From contig NC_043007.1 in the NCBI RefSeq assembly GCF_006345805.1, forward strand, positions 27,342,001-27,406,000: a DNA stretch of 64,000 nucleotides. The letters are read 5' to 3'. Below the pieces are notes generated by a model, which had not been told where the DNA came from, searched no databases, and saw nothing but the letters and a program-made list of their open reading frames with translations. How positions within the stretch are numbered: the stretch's first letter is position 1; every line of letters starts with the position of its first letter. Shown in pieces: positions 53,531 to 64,000 of this stretch. A program made the translations under genes and the position numbers. Origin of the DNA: Octopus sinensis (Eukaryota).

Positions 53531-54707
53531 CGAATATATGAGTGTGGGTTTTGTGTGTGTGTGTGTATGTGCTCGAGTGAGTTTGCGCACGCGTGAACAT
53601 ACCGTCGCTGTTATTATTTTAAAAGAAAAATTCACCTCAAACAGAATGAAATAAAAACAAAAAACCAACTTTTACTGATAGGTCAATCAATACTAAAAAT
53701 AGAGTAATATCTGTTCGAAAATTAGTTTGAAAATGCGACGATTCCTTTCAAGTAACAACTTGTTGAATCAACAGCGAAACGCTTTAAAGAGAAGGAGAGA
53801 AATTAAAAGCCAAATTTTAAGAAAAATCATGTTTAGGTTCTAAACAACAATGGAGCAGAGGTATTTATGAAGGAAAATAAGAGAAATCGTAAAAGAAAAT
53901 ACTACCTGATTTATTATTAACTTCGAGTGAATTTCTGTTGAATACGAATACAAGTTAGTTAATAGCAGGTGAATTGGTACAGAGAGGTACCATGGGTGAT
54001 GTATTCGTTAAGGATGATCTGGTATATGGTGGAAATACTTGTGTGTTGTTCTTGAATTTATTGAGCAAATGAAGGAAATATTAACATAGATTAGAATTGG
54101 TATTTTCGGTGTCTGAATTCTATATTTATGTTACTGTGTTCCGCACTTCGTATATATCTATATTATATGCTGGTTATTTTTGTGTGACGGTTAATAGTAT
54201 ACGGATGTGTGAGTGTCTTTGAGTATACGTTTCCTGTTTAGATTCTGGTATGTGTTGGACTTGGTGTCTGTTTGTTCTTAAATGTTTTCGAATTATGTAT
54301 TCATGAAAGAATGATCAAATGTATATATTTAAATAAAGTTTTAATTCTGAAATACCTCACTAAAGTACATTCTTTTGATTCTTATTCTATTAATATATAC
54401 GAGCTTCTAACTGTATTTACTTATGTACTCTGTATTTGGTGTCAATTTATGTGTGTGCTGCACGTGTGTGTGTTTGTATTTGTATGTGTGTGTGTGTGTG
54501 TGTGTTTGTGTGTAACAGAGATAGAGGTAGGGAGAAAGATAAAATTTGCATTTTTATATATTTAGCTATTTCTTTGAGATATTAAAAAGCTGATGAAACA
54601 TTAAAATAGCAATAGCAATATACTCCTCTCTCTCTTTCTCTCTCTCTCTCACTCTTTCTCTCTCTCTCTCTTTCTCTCTCTCTCTATCTCTTTCTCTCTC
54701 TCTCTCG

Positions 54708-54759
<52 letters not shown>

Positions 54760-54844
54760 GTATATATATACATATATGTATGTATATATACGTGTACATA
54801 TATACACACATGAATGTATATATATATGTACATACATATATATA

Positions 54845-54880
<36 letters not shown>

Positions 54881-55614
54881 TGGACATATATATGTGTGTG
54901 TGTATGTATGCATATTTCTATGTATAAACAGACACTAGAACGTATAAGCCTGTGTAAGTGCTAACCTGAAGTATATAGTGTCATATCGAATTATACACAC
55001 AAACATAAAGAGATACATACATACATACATACATACAAACACACATACACACAAACATAAAGAAATATACACATACATTTATACACACAGACGACAAGCA
55101 TATGCAAACATATGCATGCGGATATACCTACAATCACAAATCTGTATATTCAAATGGATTGAACTAAAGCAACAATGTACGTAAATAACTTTTTTTTAAA
55201 GACGTTTTCGCTAAATATAAGCAATAAAACGAGATAATTAACAGGCCTCTCAATCCATCTAGCAAGCAGGAATTTTTAAGAACTTTTGACGTAAAGAAAT
55301 ACACAAATACTGGTGGAAGATATTATATATTATTATATCAAGATGTATACCTGGTGTATACCTGAGCACTGTATACAATAATTTCGTTATTATTATTATA
55401 CTGGGAAATATTATTGTGAGTTAATATAGAAAACATGATACGTTAGGATTTTATTCTCAGGAAATATATATTCAAAATTTAAATACCTTTGCGCACACAT
55501 ACTTATATGTAAATCTATGTATGTATATACATACTATATATATATATGTATATGTGTGTGTATGTGTGTATGTATGTATGTATACATATATATATATATA
55601 GATATATATATATG

Positions 55615-55680
<66 letters not shown>

Positions 55681-55684
<4 letters not shown>

Positions 55685-57051
55685 CATTATTGGTGAATTG
55701 AAGAAATGGAGCTGAACGCAGATTGAAAGAAATCGTTTTATTTCATCTACACGTGTTCGAAAGGCACAAATTACCAAAATCCGATTGAATAATGGGACCA
55801 TATTGTGTCTTTCTCTTCAGGAAGAAAAAAGGAAATCCGTTGGAAAAGCAAAAACAGAACAGAGGCTGAGCAAAACAAATCGAACTATGCTCCTAAGAGC
55901 CCATGGCGAAACTGTTTATCAGTGTATGTTGAGAACCGGTGGCTGAAGAATTCAACGGGTCAGGCATCGGTCAATCATGTGGGTGAGGGTGTATAGATGT
56001 TCTTTGTGACCGAGCATAAAGTTCTGACTATTTAAGGAATATTGGATGTTTTATAAGGGGCGAGAAAAAATCTACTTAGAGACGTGTGTGTGTGTATACT
56101 GTTCTATATATAGCTTAAGTACGAACTTAAGCTATAGGCTGCAATGGTCAATTTTGTCGGTGGCCCTCCCATTTGATAGGGGCAGAAGACAGTGCAACCT
56201 TTGTGTCTCCGAACTCTTCCATATTTTGTTTGCCAGAGGCCGGATGGTAAACGGGCTCTTACAGTCGGCTTTTCGATGCCCCCATTGGCGGCGTTACACT
56301 TAGCTAGCTTTTAAATAGGTTTATAAATAATACCGGCACCCATAGCCCTTGGTAACAAATTCTGAAATAGCCTTTAAGATATCTACGATTAACCACTGCA
56401 AGGGGAATTACTCCTGTAAGACAAACGGGCTTGGTTTTTTCACAGCGGGGGGTTCCTTGACAAGGCAGGCTTAGATGAACACACCACACATAATAAAACA
56501 TAAGATATATATATTTATTTTCTTTCTGCCACCCAACGGTTATCACGGCAGTAGCCACTGACAGCCGAACGATCAAACGCACACACGTACACAAAAAATG
56601 TTTTCTACCCCTACGCCAACACACACATATATAGAACAGTATACACACACGTCTCTAAGTAGATTTTTTCTCGCCCCTTATAAAACATCCAATATTCCTT
56701 AAATAGTCAGAACTTTATGCTCGGTCACAAAGAACATCTATACACCCTCACCCACATGATTGACCGATGCCTGACCCGTTGAATTCTTCAGCCACCGGTT
56801 CTCAACATACACTGAAAACAGTTTCGCCATGGGCTCTTAGGAGCATAGTTCGATTGTTTTGCTCAGCCTCTGTTCTGTTTTTGTTTTTCCAACGGATTTC
56901 CTTTTTTCTTCCTGAAGAGAAAGACACAATATGGTCCCATTATTCAATCGGATTTGGTAATTTGTGCCTTTCGAAACACGTGTAGAATGAATAAAACGAT
57001 TTCTGTTCAATCTGCGTTCAGCTCCATTTCTTCAATTCACCAATATGTTTT
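55681..57051. repeat. Inverted duplication: arms 55681-56111 and 56627-57051, spacer about 515 bp
   Basis: AAAACATTATTGGTGAATTG...GTTCTATATAT vs ATATATAGAAC...CAATTCACCAATATGTTTT. Arms differ mostly by small indels. Confidence 0.95.
56752..56911 (-). other. Candidate 160-nt exon (mirror copy on + at 55821-55982)
   Basis: Acceptor TGTGTCTTTCTCTTCAG|G and donor TGG|GTGAGG; contains CCCATGG starting MAKLFSVYVENRWLKNSTGQASVNHV. No recognisable homologue. Confidence 0.3.
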
Positions 57052-57326
57052 AATTTCAATTATCCGCACCAACGCACGGTTGCAACGCCAGATGGTTGTA
57101 CCTCCAACCGTGCTGTTTACTGCTGTGATTTTGCTACTAAGGTATCGGTTAAACTTTTGATTAATTACTACAAGATTATTCTCTTTCTATTTCACATTAT
57201 ATATAATATATATAATATATATATATGTATGTATGTATGTATGTATATATATATATATATATATATATCTATATATATATATATATATATACATATATAA
57301 TATATATATTATATATATAATATATA

Positions 57327-57400
<74 letters not shown>

Positions 57401-57852
57401 CCATTCCCCCTAAGATATAGTTGGGTACATATTAGATTTTATTATGAAAACAAGAGAAGAATGTACTGTTATGCAAAAACATTAGTATTCACGAGGGAAA
57501 TTCATGTGAATTTAGAATTACAAATTTTAATATATTCACTCAGATATACAGCAAACCTACATTGCATGAATTTATGCATATATGTACGTATGTATGTATG
57601 TATGTACGTATGTATGTATGTATGTATGTATGCATGTATGTATGCATGTATGTATGTATGTATGGATGTATGTAAGCCTGTATGTATGTATGCATATCTG
57701 TCTGTATGTACGCATGTGTGTTTGTCTTGACGTGTACATATGTACTAAATCGTGCAGCAGCATATACGCATGCGTGTACATTTACATATTTGCAACCATA
57801 TACACACAGACACACGCATATATATGAATATACACATATATATATATACATA

Positions 57853-57885
<33 letters not shown>

Positions 57886-57981
57886 ACAATTACATATAGA
57901 TTTATATACACATATATTTATACATATATATGCATGTATATAATATGTTACGTATCTTATATTATATATATATAATATATA

Positions 57982-58026
<45 letters not shown>

Positions 58027-58732
58027 AATATATATATATATACCCACAAATAGTATAGAGATATATATAACGGCTCTAGAGGGATTCGTGCTTGATTTAA
58101 ATTTTTCCTGAAGAACTGGTGAGTATAAATCGCTTGTAATATATCACAATACACAAAAGAGTATGATGTTTCTTAATGAAGTAAAAGTTACGTACACTGG
58201 ACGCAGTTTTGTTTACTGTAAATGTGTAATTAGAAGGACGTCGGTATTTATTAATTACAAGAGTTATTTGGGAAAGTTGTATTCGTGTTTCTAAACTCTT
58301 TGCGGTTACGTGGTCATTATTTCAGTATGTTTAGAAAATATATTTTGGTAAGAGATAAAATTTCAGCATATTTTAGAAGTACCAATTCAACCGATTTTTT
58401 TCGTTTCTTTTCTCGTATACATAAAAAAGAATATATAAGGATATTTTCATTTGTGACGGTGAATATTGCAAGAATCTCCATGAATGTAGTAAATTATGTT
58501 CTTGGGCAAGGAACTTTATTTCACGTTGACAGCAGCAACGGAGACTACATACTGGATTTTAATGATAGAATAATCAGACGTGCTTCAAGAGGAAACAACT
58601 GTTTTACCCTACCTGCCTACACAATATAAATAAGTCTGTATGTGTGTGTTTACATACAGATACTATTAGTTACATACTATGGAAACACAAGAATTCAGTA
58701 GATTTCTATATATATATACTATCGTGTGTGAA

Positions 58733-59062
58733 GGCGCATGGTTCAGTGGTTAGAGCGTCGAACTTAAGATCGGGAGGTTGTGAGTTCGATTCCCAGACCG
58801 GGCTGTGTGCTCTGTTCTTGAGAAAGACATTTTATTTTACATTGCTCCAGTTAACTCAGCTGTAGAAATGAGTTGTGACATAACTAGTGCCAAACTATAT
58901 CGCCCTTTACCTTTACCTTGGATAACATCAGTGGTGTGGAGTGGGGAGACTGGTATGCATGGATAACTGCTGGCCTTCCACAAAAATCTTGCCCTGACTT
59001 GTGCCTCGGAGGGTAACTTTCTAGTCGCAATCCCATGGTCATTCATGACCAAAGGGGGTCTC
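58733..59062 (+). mobile_element. tRNA-derived SINE, family D, with a conserved-central-domain-like segment
   Basis: A box TGGTTCAGTGGTTAG, B box GAGTTCGATTCCC, then TTCTTGAGAAAGAC...TTGCTCCAGTTAACTCAGCTGTAGAAATGAG, resembling CORE/Deu(Nin)-type SINE domains. Confidence 0.82.
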
Positions 59063-60644
59063 CTCCTCGTATCTTGAGTCTCAAAGCATCCTTCTAATAC
59101 ACGACATGGCTAGTTTTGAAAAAAAATGATAGGATAGACGCATGAAGATTAATACTGCGTCATGTATGAAAAGTAAACCTTGTTTAAGGTGTATGGAAAA
59201 TAACGCATGCTGTGTACTCACACTACACAATTTAGTCCCCACTCCAACAAAAGTTTCAATCTTGTGCGTAGACTAGAAAGAATTATTTATGTAGTTTCTA
59301 CTAACATTTAATTTTGGCAGGTGTTTGTAACTGAGATAATTTTAAATCAAAAAATTTGTATCGCAGAAGCGAAGGCAGTCGCAGACGGTTTGGAAATATG
59401 GGTGACTGTAGAATGTGGGTCACTTTCAACAAGGCGATCCTATCTTTAATAATCTCCCTAAAGCTTTATCCACTGGATTAACAATGTCATATAATTTTAG
59501 CAGTAATCCTCGTACCGAAGCGCTGTAAATGAATGAGATAAGGAAAAGAAATAAATCAATTAATAGCCTGTAACTGTTCAATAGATATCCGAACAAACAC
59601 AAAAAGTTGTGTCGTTTATTAGGAACACATAGAAATGTATTCAGACTTGAACCGCTTAATTCTGTGGAATAACGAGAGAAAGAAAGCAAAACTTAACGAG
59701 ATAACTGTGAAAATGACTTATTTAAATGCGATACAGAAAAACTATAATGGCGATTTTTCGTTTCCCAAGTCGATGAAAACTATCTTTATGATCTGTATAA
59801 AATTAGTAAACATGATTAACACGTTGAAATTATGCTCTTCGTATATGTGTTTTTGTCAGTGGGTGTTCGTTGTTAAGTGTGCGCATGTGTGCCTGATCAT
59901 ATATAAATTTTGCTACGTAGGGTCGTTATGTCTGAATTACACAGGAAAACACATACGCATATCTATGCTTGTGTGTGTATCTATATATATGTAGCAGATA
60001 CGAGTGTATTTGTGTGTATGCGTGTATGTGTGTATGTGTATGCAAAATCATTCTCTTTACAAACACAAGAATTGGTATTTAATATATAAGGTAAACAGAA
60101 TTAACAACAACGCCGAGCAAACTTATATCTTTCAACATGGTTAATGCAATATTTCGAAAGTACTAAGAATATAATCAGCAAATACAGCCTTATAGACATC
60201 ATACGTACTTGGTATACTTGGTCAAAGCGAGGCTTCAAAATAATGGGAAGAAGATTTACTCATAATTTTAGATTTAAAATTTAAATTATTTTTTTTAAAT
60301 GTTTCTGATGGTAGAAGTCAACACCATAGAGTAAAATACCGATATATGAAGACACGGATTATATACAGAAAAAGGTAAATTGCAAGCGAGAGGGGGAAAT
60401 AGATGAAAATATTACTAGTAGTAAGAGAACATGGAAACAGAAAAAAAAACTGAAGGAAAACAGACGATAGATTTAAAGCGGAGAAAAATACATGGGACTT
60501 ACAAACAAGTAAACCGTTAAATGTGAAAGGATTTGAATAAAAACAATGAGATAGGATATGAATAATTGAAAGGATAAGGATAAATTACACCGGTGAAATA
60601 ACCCTATAAACCAAAGATAAAAGTTCTGATATTTTACGGAAAGG

Positions 60645-60820
60645 GGTATTCAATTACGTCTACCCATAATGCTTAACTGGTGGTAATTATTTTATCGACC
60701 CTGAAAGAATGAAAGGCAAAGTCAATATTGGTAGAATTTGAATTCAGGTGGTAAAGGTCGGGGACATGCCCCTAAGGGTTTTGTTCGACGGGATAACAAC
60801 TCTGCCAGCTCGTCGCCATG
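60645..60820 (-). mobile_element. SINE family B, diverged
   Basis: TTTATCGACCCTGAAAGAATGAAAGGCAAAGTC...TCTGCCAGCTCGTCGCC. Confidence 0.8.
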
Positions 60821-61726
60821 TTTTATTTCTATATGTTTAAGAGGGTTTCCGGGAAAACTGAGGAAGAAAAGGTCAGTATGTTACTGTATAAGTGGCGAAA
60901 TAGGGAGTGCGAAAAACCATATTGAAGGCACTAGGAATGATACGGAAGGGAGTAGCAGGAGTAATAAAAGAAAAAGAGGAGATGAAAATTAATACGATGA
61001 AAGCAGAGAACAAAATATACATCTGTTTGCGAGCCGGGAATTGTGTGTGGATGTAGAGCAATTCTTAAATTTGAGACCGTCATCAACCGGAGATTTTTGA
61101 TAAAATGCTGTACAATTAGGGATTTTAAAATTTTATAACCATTTATATTTTATATAGTTGATTAGCATGATGTTTATGATTTACTACTGTTGTAATATTC
61201 AACGGATTACTTTGTAAAAGTTAATGTTTAAAATAAACTTGAATAATGGCAGAGCATTGTGAACGAAGCAGAAGAGCGTTAAGTGCTAAGAATTAAAAGA
61301 TGCAGATTAAAATACACCTAAATACAACAAAAGAAATAGCCTGAATTAGAAAGCATTTAGTTATGCGGCTCTAGAAGGATACTGGACAAGAGATTATCTA
61401 GAAAGCTCTGGAAAACAGTATTTAAATATAATTAATCTTATAGGGGATATAGTTTGCAAAATCATCGAGTTCTTTTTCCCGATTACGAGAAGAGAAGTCT
61501 GTTTCGTCAGAGTTTGCAGTTCTACAGCGAAATAACTTTCAACAAGACCTAATATAGGCGCAATGGTATAACACCAAGTACGATGTAAAGCTCTTCTCGT
61601 CCCCTTCTATGCCACTTTATTTATTCTTCACTGTTTACGTTTCACAAAATAATTCATGACCCAAATTCTCACAAAAGGCCTCAGAACTTACGTCACCTCC
61701 ACCAGAATTTCTTTATATATTGTATC

Positions 61727-62032
61727 CAGTGGCGGGCCAAGTTGCCAGCTTATCCAATGGCATGTGGGTCTCTGCACCATTAGAATCCATATATGGGGGA
61801 ACCCATCGCCAAAAGTTTGAGAATTTTTATTATTCACTCCTGGAACAGTGCTTTAATTATTTCTGCCTGACTGTGTTTGTAGAGAGTTGAAAAGAATACT
61901 TTTAACAAAACCCCCCAAAAAAAAACATTAAATAATTCGATTGGAGTTACTGGTGGCCCCCACCGCTTGTAGTTGCGGGTGGGTTTCCTTAGTCTCCTGG
62001 CAACCAGTAATTTTAGACCCAGTCCTCCACTG
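61727..62032. mobile_element. Probable hAT-superfamily MITE (306 bp)
   Basis: Termini CAGTGGCGG / CCTCCACTG (imperfect TIR). The 8-bp flanks ATTGTATC and CATGTATC match 6/8. Higher GC than the surroundings. Confidence 0.6.
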
Positions 62033-62329
62033 CATGTATCCAGTTCTATTTCAGCCAACTTCTTTTTCAATGCTTTGACGCTGTTTTCAATATTTCAAAA
62101 CTTGACATTCATATTATAATTTTTTTAATTTTAGGATGCAAGCATCAATTAAACTTACGCTATGTAAATGTATAAAAACGATACTAAAGCAATATAAAAT
62201 GCATAATTCATTTATAATGAAATCCTTATTCCAACGAAAAAATTGGCAAGAAATACGCTAAGCAATGACAGTGAAAAATTTCCGATTTCAATGGTGGTAC
62301 ATGCATATATTTACTTTACATGTGTATAT

Positions 62330-62760
62330 AAATGTATGTATGCATGTATGTATGTATGTATGTATGTATGTATGTATGTATGTATTTATGTATGTATGCA
62401 TGTATGTATGTATGCATGTATGTATGTATGCATGCATGTATGTATGTATATATGTATGTATTTATGTATGTATGTATTTAAGTATGTATGTATATACATA
62501 TATATATGTCTGTATGTATGTATGTATGTGTGTGTATATATGTATGCATGTATGTATGTATGTATGTATGTATTTATGTATGTATGTATATATATATATA
62601 TATATTTGTATGTATGTATGTATGTGTGTGTATGTATGTATGCATGTATGTATGTATGTATTTATGTATGTATGTATATATATATATATGTTTGTATGTA
62701 TGTATGTATGTATGTATGTTTATATGAATGTATGCATCTGTGTGATTCATGTGTGTATGT
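62330..62760. repeat. (TATG)n variant microsatellite
   Basis: Direct reading. Confidence 0.95.
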
Positions 62761-62911
62761 GAATATTAGGCTGATAAACACTTTTCCCTAGAATAGATAC
62801 ACACACACACATATATATATATAACTATATACACGCACAATATATACATTAATTGATAGATGACACGTACAAATATATATTCATATTGACATATATTATT
62901 GTGTATATATG

Positions 62912-62944
<33 letters not shown>

Positions 62945-63134
62945 ATGTATGTATGTATAGATACACTCGCACATACACATACACTCACAGACATACACAC
63001 ATGCACATACATATATACATACGTACATATGTATATAGCAGCGGAAGGAGTAGGTGTAGGAGTGGTAGTGGTATAATGATCACGAGGAATATGTGAAGTT
63101 TGATCAGGATCAAGGACGGGAAAAAGCAACAGCA

Positions 63135-63263
63135 GCTGTAGTTGTTGTTGTAGTAATAGTAGTAGTAGTAGTAGTAGTAGTATAGTAGTAGTAGTAGTAG
63201 TAGTAGTAGTGGAAGCAGTAGTAACAGCAGCAACAGCGGTAGTTGTAGTAGTAATAGCAGCAA

Positions 63264-63302
<39 letters not shown>

Positions 63303-63406
63303 CGGTAGTAGCAGTAGTAGTAGCAGTAGTAGTAGCAGTAGTAGTAGTAATAGTAGTAGTATCTGCAGCAGTGGTAATTTTTGCAGTAGTACCAGCAGCA
63401 TTTGTT

Positions 63407-63442
<36 letters not shown>

Positions 63443-63457
63443 TAGTAGTAGTAGTAA
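63135..63457. repeat. Compound (GTA)n/(GCA)n trinucleotide array
   Basis: Direct reading; source of the poly-T/L/V ORFs. Confidence 0.95.
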
Positions 63458-64000
63458 GAGAAGACGAGAAATAGTGATGACAAAAAATATGTAAGAACAA
63501 TAATGACAGGAAGAGTAGGAGGTTTTTCCATAAAGAAAGTGAAAACGTGCTCAAGTCGCAGACGAGATATATATATATATATTTTTTATATTTTTTTTAT
63601 CTTTGTTTGGCATAGAATTTGATTTTTTTTTTTTTTGGTTTTTCGTACAATTTCGAATATAACTGGAATGAAAGACTTAGACTTACAAACGAACGAGTGA
63701 GAAAATAATAGTTTATTATACGACGCTTTCTGCTATGCCGTTATTGCCATATGTAGGAGAAATTTATATATGAGCAAATATTGTAGTCTTATTTCAAGTG
63801 GAATAAATGCCGTCTCAGACGCTTTCAGTATTATAGTATTATATTTTTGATGTTATATTGGAAATTGTGAACAATAGAGTCGTTGATGTACTGGCTTGGT
63901 TTCCATCAAACCGATCGCTGGTTGACAGCATTTCTGACAGGAGGCCGTCAGTAACGCGACTTATTTCAATGAAGAACACCAGATATTTGACAACGGTAAC

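Noticed and set aside
58733-58805. tRNA gene candidates (also at 42, 6708 and 11223)
   Set aside because: A and B boxes are present, but there is no complete cloverleaf or acceptor stem, and each continues into a repeated SINE body.
62896-63554. Poly-Thr/Leu/Val ORFs resembling mucins or membrane proteins
   Set aside because: They are translations of a (GTA)n trinucleotide array with no non-repetitive coding context.
63837-64000. Open frames on both strands at the window end
   Set aside because: About 55 codons, truncated by the window edge, with no recognisable motif.

Overview
AT-rich eukaryotic genomic DNA dominated by microsatellites ((TA)n, (TG)n, (TATG)n, (GATA)n, trinucleotide arrays) and retroelement debris. 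The SINE families and repeat texture resemble octopus genomes; this species assignment is inference. No intact host protein-coding gene can be supported: almost every ORF in the supplied track is a microsatellite translation. Real coding signal comes from transposons. There are two different Penelope-like element (PLE) GIY-YIG C-termini: 31141-32720, with an inverted duplicate 3' end, and about 47500-48830, whose endonuclease frame is absent from the ORF track. There are also three RTE-clade LINE 3' fragments, an R4/Dong-like fragment, a probable Tc1/mariner remnant and a hAT-type MITE. At least four tRNA-derived SINE families are present. Most notable: (1) variant type-I hammerhead-ribozyme folds in the PLE 3' UTR and in several short (TA)n-embedded elements; (2) an intact-frame RTE fragment flanked by a duplication of about 230 bp that looks like a very long target-site duplication; (3) an apparent pairing of retroelement class with microsatellite type; (4) fold-back structures (a 269-bp palindrome, and a 430-bp-arm inverted duplication containing an exon-like unit) and a 1.37-kb tandem duplication, some of which may be long-read assembly artefacts.
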